Source: Candidatus Krumholzibacteriia bacterium (GTDB lineage Bacteria; Krumholzibacteriota; Krumholzibacteriia; JAJRXK01). From it: DNA of 64,000 nt. Positions 24,243-33,104 of this stretch are shown here, in pieces. Under the pieces are notes generated by a model that did not search any database, had not been told where the DNA came from, and saw only the letters and a program-made list of their open reading frames with translations. The position numbers and the translations under genes are program-made. The stretch is taken from NCBI GenBank assembly GCA_041484665.1, contig JBGPIA010000002.1, positions 42,045-106,044 of the forward strand, written 5' to 3'. Position 1 is the first letter of the stretch. The number at the start of each line of letters is the position of its first letter.

Positions 24243-24745
24243 CCCCGTCGCCTTTGGCGCTGGACGCGCTGCTGGCCGCCACCGAGGACGAGACCCGCGC
24301 CTTCGCCGGCTTGTTGCGCCTGGCTCACCGGCAGCGCCGCTACATGGTGCGCCAGGACGTCCGGCGGCTGGCCACGGTCGCCGAGGCGATCGCCGCCCGC
24401 GTGCTGCGGGCGCGGGAAGTCGCGGCGCGGCGGCAGGCCGCGCTGCAGGAGATAGCGGCCGGACTGGGCCGCCCGCCCCACGAGATCGAGCTTCAGCAGC
24501 TGGCGCCGGGGGCCGAAAACCCTCAGCGGGTCCGCTTGGAGGCCGCTCTGCGCCGGCTGTCCGAGGTGGGTGGGCGGCTCTACCGGGCGAACACGCAGAA
24601 TCACCTGCTCGCCCGCTTCTCCCTGGACCTGCTCGCCGAGCAGCAGCGCCTGGTGCTGGGGGAGACCGGTGCAGCAGGCCACTACGATTGCAGCGGTGCG
24701 GCGACGCGCCCCGCCGCCCGGGGCGCCATCGACGGGAGGGCCTAG
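24236..24745 (+). CDS. FlgN-like flagellar export chaperone (all-helical, Gln/Leu-rich)
   Basis: The position immediately upstream of flgK/flgL matches the Bacillus flgN-flgK-flgL arrangement. The helical-repeat composition matches, but there are no strong motifs. Confidence 0.4.
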   Translation: MVAPSPLALDALLAATEDETRAFAGLLRLAHRQRRYMVRQDVRRLATVAEAIAARVLRAREVAARRQAALQEIAAGLGRPPHEIELQQLAPGAENPQRVRLEAALRRLSEVGGRLYRANTQNHLLARFSLDLLAEQQRLVLGETGAAGHYDCSGAATRPAARGAIDGRA

Positions 24746-24746
24746 C

Positions 24747-26129
24747 GTGCTGGGAGCCAGCCTGTTCGAGATCATGGACGTGGGCATCAGCGGCATGTTC
24801 GCCAGCGGGTTGGCCACGGGTCTGCTCAACCACAACATCGCCAACGCCAACACGCCGGGGTACTCGCGGCAGCGCCTGCAGATCTCCGCCGCCCATCCGT
24901 TGCGCACGCTCGTGGGATCGCTGGGGCGCGGCGTCGAGATCACGGGCGTGAACCGCGTCACCGACGACTTCCTGCAACGCCAGCTCCTGGAGCAGACCTC
25001 GGCGCTGGGCACCTACTCTGCCATCAATGGCTCGCTCTCCTCGGTGGAGGAGATCATGGGGTCGGTGCAGGACGACCGCATCGGCGGCGCGATGTCGGCC
25101 TTCTTCAACGCCTGGTCTGACCTCTCGACCCCGCCCGTGGACGCCGCCGCTAAACAGTCGGTGGTGAACGCGGCGGACGCGCTCGCGCTGCAGCTGCGTG
25201 AGGTCGATACCGGGCTCAAGCAGGTCATCCAGCAGACGCGCGACGCGGTGGCCGGGAAAGTCAACGACGTCAACCGCCTGCTCACCCAGGTCGGCGTCTT
25301 CAACCAGCGCATCCTCGAGCAGAGCTCCGCGGGCTCGCCCCCCAACGACCTGCTCGACCAGCGCGACCAGGTCATCGCCGAACTCTCCCAGCAGATGCGC
25401 CTGCGGGTGCTCCCGCGCGGTGACGGCTCCGTCGACGTCGTGATGGAGGGCCGCACCGTCGTGACGCGCGACCAGGTCACGCCACTACGGCTGGTCTCCA
25501 CGATCGAGTCCAACGGGAGCACCACGCTCGGAGTGCGCGTCGGGAGCGCCGAGGGCCAGCCCGTGACCACCGTGCAAGGGGAGATCGCGGGCCTGCTGCG
25601 CGTGCACAACGATGGTCTGGCACGGATGCAGCAGGGGCTCGACGACCTGGCGCAGCGGCTGATCAGCGGCGTGAACGCACTGCAGCGCCAGGGCCGCGTG
25701 CCCGGCGGGGCAGGCGTGGACCTCTTCGAGGGCACGGGTGCGGGGGACATCGCGGTGCGCAAGGAGGTGGCCGACGACGCTTCCCTGATCGCCACCGGAC
25801 GCAGCGGCGAGCCGGGAGACAACTCCATCGCCCTGGAAATCGCCCAGCTGGGCGATGTGGCGGACGCTTCGGATGGCCTCTCCCTCCACGAGCGGTACAA
25901 CAAGGTGTTGGTGGACCTGGCGTCGCAGCGCAGCACATTCTCGACGCTGGCGGACGCGCAACGCAACATCGTCCAGGGCGTCTCGAGCCGGCTGGAGAGC
26001 GTGCGTGGCGTGAGCATCGATGAGGAGACGGCCGACCTCATCCGCTTCCAGAAGTCCTTCGAGGCCAACGCGCGCGTGATCAGCGCCGTCAACGAGATGC
26101 TCGACACGATCATCAACCAGATGATCTGA
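24747..26129 (+). CDS. flgK: Flagellar hook-associated protein 1, FlgK
   Basis: VLGASLFEIMDVGISGMFASGLATGLLNHNIANANTPGYSRQRL...; C-terminus ...ADLIRFQKSFEANARVISAVNEMLDTIINQMI. GGGAGGG RBS. Confidence 0.88.
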   Translation: MLGASLFEIMDVGISGMFASGLATGLLNHNIANANTPGYSRQRLQISAAHPLRTLVGSLGRGVEITGVNRVTDDFLQRQLLEQTSALGTYSAINGSLSSVEEIMGSVQDDRIGGAMSAFFNAWSDLSTPPVDAAAKQSVVNAADALALQLREVDTGLKQVIQQTRDAVAGKVNDVNRLLTQVGVFNQRILEQSSAGSPPNDLLDQRDQVIAELSQQMRLRVLPRGDGSVDVVMEGRTVVTRDQVTPLRLVSTIESNGSTTLGVRVGSAEGQPVTTVQGEIAGLLRVHNDGLARMQQGLDDLAQRLISGVNALQRQGRVPGGAGVDLFEGTGAGDIAVRKEVADDASLIATGRSGEPGDNSIALEIAQLGDVADASDGLSLHERYNKVLVDLASQRSTFSTLADAQRNIVQGVSSRLESVRGVSIDEETADLIRFQKSFEANARVISAVNEMLDTIINQMI

Positions 26130-26163
26130 CGGCGCCCCGCGGCGCAGGCAGGCGAGAGAACCG

Positions 26164-27690
26164 ATGCGGATCACGCAGTCCCAATTGGCGCAGCAGGCGG
26201 TCTTCGACATCGGCCAGGCGCTCAGCCGTCTGACCGAGTACCGGCTGCAGCTCTCCTCCCAGCGGCGGATCAACAGCTTCGCCGACGATCCGCGCGGCGT
26301 CGGTGCCGCGCAGCGCTACCGCATCCTCACCTCGAGCAACGACCAGTACCTGCGCAACGCGTCCAGCGCGACGACCTTCCTCGATGCCACGGACAGCGCC
26401 CTGCAGCAGATGGCCGACGCCGTCAGTGGTCTGCGCGAGCTGGTGCTGCGCCAGACGGGACCGGTGGCCAACGATCAGACGCGCTCGGCGGCCGCCGGAG
26501 AGGCGGCGCAGCTGCGCGACCAGGTGCTGGCGATCGTCAACCAGACCGTCGAGGGCGGCTACCTGTTCGGCGGCTTCCGCACCCGCAACGCACCATTCGT
26601 GCTGCAGGGCGGTCAGGTGACCTACGCCGGGGACGACGGCGTCCAGATGGTCCAGATCGGACCGACGCTGCGCGTGATGGCAAACCTGCCGGGCAGCGCG
26701 CTGCTGGGCAGCGACCACGCGGCGCTGTCGGGCAGCGTCGACCTGCGGCCGCGGCTGGCCGGCACGACGCTCCTGACTTCGATGGGCGGCGGTGCGGGGT
26801 TCTCCGGAGGCTCCCTCCACGTTACCGACGGCCTGGGCGCTGGCGCCGACATCAACTTGAGCGGAGCGGCCACGGTGCAGGACGTGCTGGACGCCTTCAA
26901 CGGCTCCGGCCTGGCCGTGACGGCCCGCATCTCCGACGATGAGACCGGGATTACGCTGGAGGGCAGCGGGTCGCTCACGGTGGCCGAGGTGGCGGGAGGC
27001 AGCGCTGCCCAGCAACTGGGGCTGCTGGGCACCACATCCAGCGGAGCGCTGGTCGGGCGCGACGTCCGCGCCGCGCTCACGCTGGCCACCCCCTGGGCGC
27101 AGATGCGGGCGCTGGACGGCAAGTCGCTCGGGACGCTGCGCATCATCATCGGTGGCGTCGCAACCGACGTCGATCTGAGCGCAGCGGCCAACCTGGGCGA
27201 TGCGCGCAACGCCATCCGGGCGCTGAATCCCGACATGGACCTGCAGATCGACCGCGGCGCGGTGCGCCTGGTCTACGCCCAGGCCAAACCGTTCCAGGTG
27301 TCCAGCCCCAGCGGCGACACCACGGCGGATGCCCTGGGCGTGGTGGGCAACGCGACCCCCACGCGCCTGTTCGGAGCGTTCGCGGACGTGATCGCCGCGC
27401 TGCAATCCGGCGACGTGTCCGCTCTCCGGCAGACGCTCGCCGAGATCGAGGACGTGCACGCCGGGTTGTTGCGTCAGGATGTGTCGATCGGCGCGCATCA
27501 GAACCTCGTGGCGAACGCCGGCCAGCTGCTGCGCGCCCGCAACGAGTCGCTGCAGCTGCGCCGCAGCTCCATTGAGGACGCCGATCTGGTGGACGCTGCC
27601 ACGAATGCGTCGTTCGCGGAGGCCGCCTATCAAGCGGCGCTGGCCGCCAGCTCGCGCATCTTCAACCTGTCCCTGGCCAGCTACCTCTAG
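26164..27690 (+). CDS. flgL: Flagellar hook-associated protein 3, FlgL (flagellin-like termini)
   Basis: MRITQSQLAQQAVFDIGQALSRLTEYRLQLSSQRRINSFADDP...; C-terminus ...AYQAALAASSRIFNLSLASYL. Confidence 0.85.
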   Translation: MRITQSQLAQQAVFDIGQALSRLTEYRLQLSSQRRINSFADDPRGVGAAQRYRILTSSNDQYLRNASSATTFLDATDSALQQMADAVSGLRELVLRQTGPVANDQTRSAAAGEAAQLRDQVLAIVNQTVEGGYLFGGFRTRNAPFVLQGGQVTYAGDDGVQMVQIGPTLRVMANLPGSALLGSDHAALSGSVDLRPRLAGTTLLTSMGGGAGFSGGSLHVTDGLGAGADINLSGAATVQDVLDAFNGSGLAVTARISDDETGITLEGSGSLTVAEVAGGSAAQQLGLLGTTSSGALVGRDVRAALTLATPWAQMRALDGKSLGTLRIIIGGVATDVDLSAAANLGDARNAIRALNPDMDLQIDRGAVRLVYAQAKPFQVSSPSGDTTADALGVVGNATPTRLFGAFADVIAALQSGDVSALRQTLAEIEDVHAGLLRQDVSIGAHQNLVANAGQLLRARNESLQLRRSSIEDADLVDAATNASFAEAAYQAALAASSRIFNLSLASYL

Positions 27691-27717
27691 GCGGCGCTTC
27701 TAGAGCGAAAGGACGCC

Positions 27718-28206
27718 ATGCGCATCGAGACGCTGCGCTTTGGAACACTGGAGATCGATCCGGCTGTGCTGATCACGCTGCCGTCGGGCCTGATCGGCTT
27801 GCCGCAGCGCAAGCGCTTCGTGGTGCTCGAGCTGGAGGGTGGCGCGCCGCTTGGCTGGCTGCAGTGCGTCGACGACCCGTCGTTCGGCGTGCCGGTGGCC
27901 GATCCCGGGGTCTTCCGTGCCGACTACCGCATCGCAGTCGCGGCGGAGGAGGTCGCCGAGATCACACTCGACACCGTCGAGGACGCCGCGATCCTGATCG
28001 TGACGACCATCGCGCCCGGTGGCACGCAGGTCACGGGCAACCTGCGCGCGCCCATCCTGATCAACGCGCACAAGCGCCTCGGGCGCCAGGTGGTGCTCGA
28101 CCGCCCCGACCTGGAGTTCCGCGTGCCCGTGGACCCGGTGCTGTTCGCCGCCGCCAGCGGCCGGTTCGAGCCGAGCCTCGCCGCCGCGCCGGCCGCCGCA
28201 CGCTAG
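27718..28206 (+). CDS. fliW: Flagellar assembly factor FliW (CsrA antagonist)
   Basis: MRIETLRFGTLEIDPAVLITLPSGLIGLPQRKRFVVLELE matches the FliW N-terminus. Confidence 0.88.
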   Translation: MRIETLRFGTLEIDPAVLITLPSGLIGLPQRKRFVVLELEGGAPLGWLQCVDDPSFGVPVADPGVFRADYRIAVAAEEVAEITLDTVEDAAILIVTTIAPGGTQVTGNLRAPILINAHKRLGRQVVLDRPDLEFRVPVDPVLFAAASGRFEPSLAAAPAAAR

Positions 28207-28242
28207 CCCCAGCCCCCGCGCACCCGCGACAGGGAGGTCGTG

Positions 28243-28521
28243 GTGCTCGTCCTGAGTCGCAAGCGCAACGAGAAGATCATGATCGGCGACTCGATCACGA
28301 TCGTCGTGCTCGACGTCCACGGCGACCAGGTGCAACTGGGAATCGACGCGCCGCGGGAGATCCCTGTCCACCGCTACGAGATCTACCAGACGATCCGCCG
28401 CGTCACGGAGGAGGCGGCGCGCTCGGCGCGGGAGGATCTGGAGCGGCTCAAGCCGAAGGGACCCGACACGCCCGCCGCGCCACCGTCTTTGGCCGACGAC
28501 TCCGCGCCGGGGGAGCGCTAG
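28243..28521 (+). CDS. csrA: Carbon storage regulator CsrA
   Basis: (M)[47 protein letters not shown] is canonical CsrA. The alternative GTG at 28240 has poor RBS spacing. Confidence 0.9.
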   Translation: MLVLSRKRNEKIMIGDSITIVVLDVHGDQVQLGIDAPREIPVHRYEIYQTIRRVTEEAARSAREDLERLKPKGPDTPAAPPSLADDSAPGER

Positions 28522-28868
28522 ACGCGCTGATCGAGCAGCTCGGGCGAGCTGTGGGCTTCGCGCCAGGGATTGCCGCGGCGTGCCCGCAGCGCGCCCAGCG
28601 CGGCGACGATCTCCGCCTTGCCCACCACCAGCATCCCCAGCAGCTCATTCTCCAGCGCGCGCAAGGAGGCTCCCAGCGCGGCGTCCGCGGGATCCGGTGC
28701 CGCGCCCGACGCGCGGGCGCCCTCCGCAGCGGCCAAGAGCGCGCCACGGGCCTCCAAGAGCGTCGCGCAGGCCGGCAGATCGCCCGCCCGCGCACAGTCC
28801 AGCATCCGCTGGGTGAGCTCGACGGCTCGCCGCACTGGCGCGTGCGGGCTGCCGGGGTGCGCGCTCAT
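28518..28868 (-). CDS. FliT-like flagellar chaperone (hypothetical; downstream of fliS)
   Basis: 116-aa helical protein in the fliD-fliS-(fliT) position. No diagnostic motif. Confidence 0.4.
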   Translation of the reverse strand: MSAHPGSPHAPVRRAVELTQRMLDCARAGDLPACATLLEARGALLAAAEGARASGAAPDPADAALGASLRALENELLGMLVVGKAEIVAALGALRARRGNPWREAHSSPELLDQRV

Positions 28869-29311
28869 GCGCGCAGCGACAGCCCCGCGTGCTCGGCGAT
28901 GGAGGCCGGCGCCGCGGCGGGCAGGGGCGGGGGTGCTTGCTCGAGGCAGTCGATCGCCTTGCGCCAGCCCGCCAGCAGGGTGCTCAGGACCTCAATTGCG
29001 GCGCGCAGCGGTTTCGCATCGTTGCCTACGTTGGCCAGGGCGAGCTGGCGATCGACGAAGTCATAGAGGGCGGCCAGGCGCTCCGCGAGCTCGCCGCCCA
29101 CCTCGTGGTCGAGGGCGTTGCGCAGCTCGTGGACGATGCGGCTCGCGCGGTTGATCATCATGCCGCGCTGCGGGATGTCGCCCTGGGCGATGGCCTGCGC
29201 GGCGTGCTCGGCGAAGCGGATGGCCCCCTCGTAGAGCAGCACGATCAGTCGCTGTTGGGACTGCGTCTCCACGTTGGTCTCGTGGTAGATCGCGACGTGG
29301 TTCGCGTACAT
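28865..29311 (-). CDS. fliS: Flagellin-specific chaperone FliS
   Basis: ...QQRLIVLLYEGAIRFAEHAAQAIAQGDIPQRGMMINRASRIVHELRNAL matches the FliS family. Confidence 0.85.
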   Translation of the reverse strand: MYANHVAIYHETNVETQSQQRLIVLLYEGAIRFAEHAAQAIAQGDIPQRGMMINRASRIVHELRNALDHEVGGELAERLAALYDFVDRQLALANVGNDAKPLRAAIEVLSTLLAGWRKAIDCLEQAPPPLPAAAPASIAEHAGLSLRA

Positions 29312-29377
29312 CGACCCGTCCTTCTGCCGGCATCGTCCCCGCGAGCGGACGCGCCGATCGCTTCCGACTCGCGCCGC

Positions 29378-30706
29378 CTAGCCGGTGGTCGACCTGGAGC
29401 TCAGGAAGCTGCTCTGGGCCTGCAGCCCGCTGATGATGCTCTCCATCGCGGCGAACTTGCGCCTGAGGTACTCCTCGTAGTCGCTGGCGCTCTGCTCCTG
29501 CCGATTGATCGTCTGATCGAGCTGCTTGATCCGCTCGTTCATGGAGTCGGTGCTGTTCTTGAACAGGCCGCTCGCGAGATCGGTGATGCTGCCGATGGCC
29601 GTATCCATCTGGGCCGCCATGCCCGAGACGCCGCCCTCGGACACGAACAGCCGGACGGCGCTCTCGAAGTCCTTGCCGAGCGCGTCGTCTAGCTTTTGGC
29701 TGTCGATCTTGAGGGTGCCATCGTTCTCGAGCTTGAGGCCCACGTCGCCCACGATGCGGAAGTCCCCACCGGTTGCGACGACGCCGATCGTGATGCCACC
29801 CAGCGTGTTTTGCACCGTGCGCAGCAGCGAGTCGCCCTGCAACGTGCTGCCCTTCGCCGACTGGTCGTTGATCAGCTTGACCACATCGTTGTAGGCGCTG
29901 ACGAAGTCCTGCAGCTTGGTCTTGAGCGCGGCATCGTTGCGGCCAACGCCGAGGATCACCGGTTCGGTATCCAGCGTGTCCTTCTTGAGCGTGAGGGTCA
30001 CGCCATCGATCGCTCCGGCGATGGTGTTGGATGCGCTGGTGACGGTGATGCCATCGATGTCGAGCTCCGCGTCGGCCGCGCTCACGGTTTCGCTGAAGGC
30101 GGGGACCGTTCCACCGCTCAGGCCGCTGGCATCGAAGGTGATGGCGTTGGCCTGCCCCGTCTGCTTGCCCGTGACCACGAGACGGTAGGGGTTGGTGCCG
30201 CCCACATTGATGATCGAGGCCGTCACCGCGGCGCCGCTCTGGTTGAGCTTGTCGCGCAGATCGGTCAGGGCGCTGGCGCCCAAGTCGAGGGTGACGGTGG
30301 TGGTGGTGCCGTCGATGGTCAGCTTGAAGGTGCCGGCGCCGACGCTGTTACTGACGGCCGCGAAGCCCTGGCTGATGCTACGCTCGGCCGTGGCCAGCTG
30401 CACGACGTCGATCTCGTAGCTGCTCATGGCAGCGCCGGTGGTGGCCGTGGCCGTGAGCGATGTCTCGTCACTGCTCGAGGCGGTGGTGCTCACGAACTCG
30501 GCGCGCGTATCCAGCGCCTTGGCCTTGTCGCGCAGCGCCAGCAGCTTGCTCTTGAGGCTGTCGAGGATGGTCTGGCGCTTGCCCAGTTGGGTCTTGGTGT
30601 TCTGGAGGGTCGTGATGGGCTGGCGGCGCAGCTCCATCAGCTTCGTGATGATCAGATTGGTGTCCAGGCCGCTGGCCAGGCCGCCGAATGTGACGGGCGA
30701 GGGCAC
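29378..30706 (-). CDS. fliD: Flagellar filament cap protein FliD
   Basis: N-terminus (V/M)PSPVTFGGLASGLDTNLIITKLMELRRQPITTLQNTKTQL; C-terminus ...EEYLRRKFAAMESIISGLQAQSSFLS. Confidence 0.88.
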   Translation of the reverse strand: MPSPVTFGGLASGLDTNLIITKLMELRRQPITTLQNTKTQLGKRQTILDSLKSKLLALRDKAKALDTRAEFVSTTASSSDETSLTATATTGAAMSSYEIDVVQLATAERSISQGFAAVSNSVGAGTFKLTIDGTTTTVTLDLGASALTDLRDKLNQSGAAVTASIINVGGTNPYRLVVTGKQTGQANAITFDASGLSGGTVPAFSETVSAADAELDIDGITVTSASNTIAGAIDGVTLTLKKDTLDTEPVILGVGRNDAALKTKLQDFVSAYNDVVKLINDQSAKGSTLQGDSLLRTVQNTLGGITIGVVATGGDFRIVGDVGLKLENDGTLKIDSQKLDDALGKDFESAVRLFVSEGGVSGMAAQMDTAIGSITDLASGLFKNSTDSMNERIKQLDQTINRQEQSASDYEEYLRRKFAAMESIISGLQAQSSFLSSRSTTG

Positions 30707-30768
30707 GGTGATTCCTCCTGGGCTCTAAGCCGGCGTGCGCGCTCTACCTAGGCGCCGCTGCGCCCTGT

Positions 30769-31101
30769 TCAGCTCTTGCCATCGAACAGCAGACCGCGCA
30801 GCGATTCCAGCTGGGCCGCCACATCCAGGAGCGCCTGGGGCGGGATCTGCTCGATCACCTGGTCGGTCGTGCCGTCGATGATCTCGAACACGTAGCGCGC
30901 GGCGCTTTCGTCGTAATGGACCCGCACGCCCTTGCCTTCCGAACGTGGCCGTTCGTCCTGGGCACGCTGCTCCGCCACCGACGGCGCGGGGGTGGCGGCG
31001 GGTCCCTCCGCTGCGGACGCGCCGTGGGCTTGGGGGCCGATGGTCGGGTGGGGGGCCGCCACCTGACCGCTGAGGCGGGGCATGACGCTGAGGCTGTTCA
31101 T
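30769..31101 (-). CDS. flaG: FlaG-family flagellar protein
   Basis: ...VHYDESAARYVFEIIDGTTDQVIEQIPPQALLDVAAQLESLRGLLFD matches the FlaG C-terminal pattern. Confidence 0.7.
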   Translation of the reverse strand: MNSLSVMPRLSGQVAAPHPTIGPQAHGASAAEGPAATPAPSVAEQRAQDERPRSEGKGVRVHYDESAARYVFEIIDGTTDQVIEQIPPQALLDVAAQLESLRGLLFDGKS

Positions 31102-31125
31102 CTCGTCCCTCCTGGCCGAAGGCGG

Positions 31126-31151
31126 CCCCCGGGCCCTGGCGGGCCCGGGGG
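31126..31151 (-). terminator. Perfect 11-bp GC hairpin (CCCCCGGGCCC-GCCA-GGGCCCGGGGG on the mRNA strand) between the fliC stop and the flaG start; likely partial terminator/attenuator
   Basis: Seen directly. It has no U-tract and lies 23 nt after the fliC stop. Confidence 0.4.
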
Positions 31152-31173
31152 GAGTCGGACCGCAGCCAACGTG

Positions 31174-32016
31174 TTAGCGCAGCAGAGCCAGGGCAGCCTG
31201 GGGAACCAGGTTGGCCTGGGCCAGCACGGAGATGCCCGCCTGGTTCAGCACCTGCAGCGACGTCATCTTGGCGGCCTCCTCGGCCACATCCACGTCACGG
31301 ATCCGCGAGTTGGCGGCCGTGAGGTTCTCCACCGAGATCCCGAGGTTGCGCACCGTCGACTCCAGACGGTTCTGGACGGCACCGAACGAGGCGCGGGTCC
31401 TGGAGATGCTGGTCAGCGCGGTCTCGATCTTGGCGATGGCAGCCAGCGCGTTGGTGGCGTTGCTGCCCGTCAGGCTGACCGTCGTCCCCGGGGTCAGGCC
31501 CAGGGCCGAGGCGCTGATCGTGGTCGTGAAGGCGACCGAGATGCGGTCGTTGCTCGTGTTGCCGGTGCCGACCTGCAGGTCGATCGTCCCGCCCTGGCCG
31601 TCCAGCAGCTTGGCGCCGTTGAAATCGGCGGTGGCGCCGATCCGCGTCACTTCAGCCAGCAGCGCCTGGAACTCGTCGTCGAGGAAGCCGCGCTCCGCCG
31701 ATCCGACCGTTCCGTTCGCCGCCTGCTCCGAGAGCTCGCGCAGGCGGATCATCATGCTGCTGACTTCGTTCAGGCTGCCTTCTGCAGTCTGGACCATCGA
31801 GATGCCGTCGTTCGCGTTGCGGGACGCCTGCTGGAGGGCCCGGACATCGCTGCGCAGGCTCTCGCTGATCGCCAGCCCAGCGGCGTCGTCACCCGCGCGA
31901 TTGATGCGCAGGCCGCTGCTGAGCTTCTCCAGCGACTTGCCCAACATCACGCCCGTGTTGTACAGGTTGCGCTGCGCGTTGATGGAGGCAACGTTGGTGT
32001 TTACCCGCAGTCCCAT
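31174..32016 (-). CDS. fliC: Flagellin (280 aa)
   Basis: MGLRVNTNVASINAQRNLYNTGVMLGKSLEKLSSGLRINRAGDDAAGLAISE...; C-terminus ...KMTSLQVLNQAGISVLAQANLVPQAALALLR. AAGGAGG RBS. The track ORF is extended to 32154. Confidence 0.92.
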   Translation of the reverse strand: MGLRVNTNVASINAQRNLYNTGVMLGKSLEKLSSGLRINRAGDDAAGLAISESLRSDVRALQQASRNANDGISMVQTAEGSLNEVSSMMIRLRELSEQAANGTVGSAERGFLDDEFQALLAEVTRIGATADFNGAKLLDGQGGTIDLQVGTGNTSNDRISVAFTTTISASALGLTPGTTVSLTGSNATNALAAIAKIETALTSISRTRASFGAVQNRLESTVRNLGISVENLTAANSRIRDVDVAEEAAKMTSLQVLNQAGISVLAQANLVPQAALALLR

Positions 32017-32122
32017 GTCTTCCTCCTTGAAGGTGGGCGAGGGTCCGATTCCGAACTTCGCTCGCAGGGGGCGCTGCCGGTCCGTGGCGTCTCCCCCCGG
32101 GGCGGTCGTCGTTGTGCCCGGG

Positions 32123-32149
32123 ATATCGGCCGGGGGCGGTCGGACTTGA
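32123..32149 (-). promoter_or_regulatory. Sigma-28 (FliA)-type promoter for flagellin: TCAAGTCC-N11-GCCGATAT
   Basis: The reverse complement matches the TAAAGTTT-N11-GCCGATAA consensus with exact spacing. The ~100-nt leader carries several GGA motifs (CACGGAC, UCGGAAUCGGAC, CAAGGAGGAAG), the last overlapping the Shine-Dalgarno sequence. Confidence 0.55.
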
Positions 32150-32195
32150 GCCACAGTTTCGGCGCGGCACGGGCCTTGAGAGGGCCTTCCCCGGC

Positions 32196-33104
32196 ATGTC
32201 CGTCGCCGCCGTCACCCTCGCGCTGCGTCGCGCCCAGGCGCGGGACTACGAGGCCGTTCTGGCCCTCGTGGACGCCGCGTTCGGGGTAGCGCCCAAGGCA
32301 TCCCTGCGGCAGACGTTTCCCACCGCGCTAGGAAGATCCAACCTCTCCGGCCTGTTCGTGGGCGAGCACGAAGGCCAGCTGGTGTGCGCCGGCGCGGCGC
32401 TGGTGCGCGACTGGGTCACCTCCGCGGGGGTGCTGCGGACGGCCTGCTTGGGCTGTTTCGCGACGGCACCCGCGCACCGCGGGCGCGGGCACAGCTCCCG
32501 CCTGCAGGAGTGGATGCTGCAACAGATGAAGGACGACGGGGCCGACTGGGCCGTGCTCTTCACCGACCGTCCCTGGATCTACCGCGGGCGCGGCTTCGCG
32601 CCGGCCGGGCACGAGCGGCTGGGGTGGCTGGAGCCAGCCGTCTGGCCTGCGCTGCCGGCCGGTGCCCACCTGCGCCAGGCCGAAGCGGCGGACGCCGCGG
32701 CCATCCTGCATCTCTACGCGGAGCATCCCTACCGCGCGGCGCGCAGCGAGGGCGACCTGGCGGTCCACCTCGATCCGGCCGTCAGCCGCGTGCTGGTGCT
32801 GGAGGAAGCCGGCACCGTCGCCGCCTACGTGGCCATCGGCAAGGGCGTTGACTTTCCCGCCACCGTGCACGAATACGGCGGCAGCCCGTCGCACGTGCAC
32901 GCCTTGTGGGGCTGGGCGGTGCGCGCGGAAGGAGCGCGGGCGGTGCTGTTGCCGCAAGGCACAGAGCGTTACCTCACGGGTCCCGCGGCAGGCATGCCCG
33001 GCCGTCCGCAGTCGGCGGCGCAGGCTCGCGTCCTGCGCCCACAGCGAGTGCGCGGGGGTCTCGATCGGCTGCAATGGGCAGCCTGGGGGTTCGACTCGGC
33101 ATGA
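32196..33104 (+). CDS. GNAT-family N-acetyltransferase (two acetyltransferase-like halves)
   Basis: ...FATAPAHRGRGHSSRLQEWMLQQMKDDGADWAVLFT... (acetyl-CoA binding-like R/Q-x-x-G-x-G/A). It is divergent from fliC. ATG at 32196. Confidence 0.65.
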   Translation: MSVAAVTLALRRAQARDYEAVLALVDAAFGVAPKASLRQTFPTALGRSNLSGLFVGEHEGQLVCAGAALVRDWVTSAGVLRTACLGCFATAPAHRGRGHSSRLQEWMLQQMKDDGADWAVLFTDRPWIYRGRGFAPAGHERLGWLEPAVWPALPAGAHLRQAEAADAAAILHLYAEHPYRAARSEGDLAVHLDPAVSRVLVLEEAGTVAAYVAIGKGVDFPATVHEYGGSPSHVHALWGWAVRAEGARAVLLPQGTERYLTGPAAGMPGRPQSAAQARVLRPQRVRGGLDRLQWAAWGFDSA

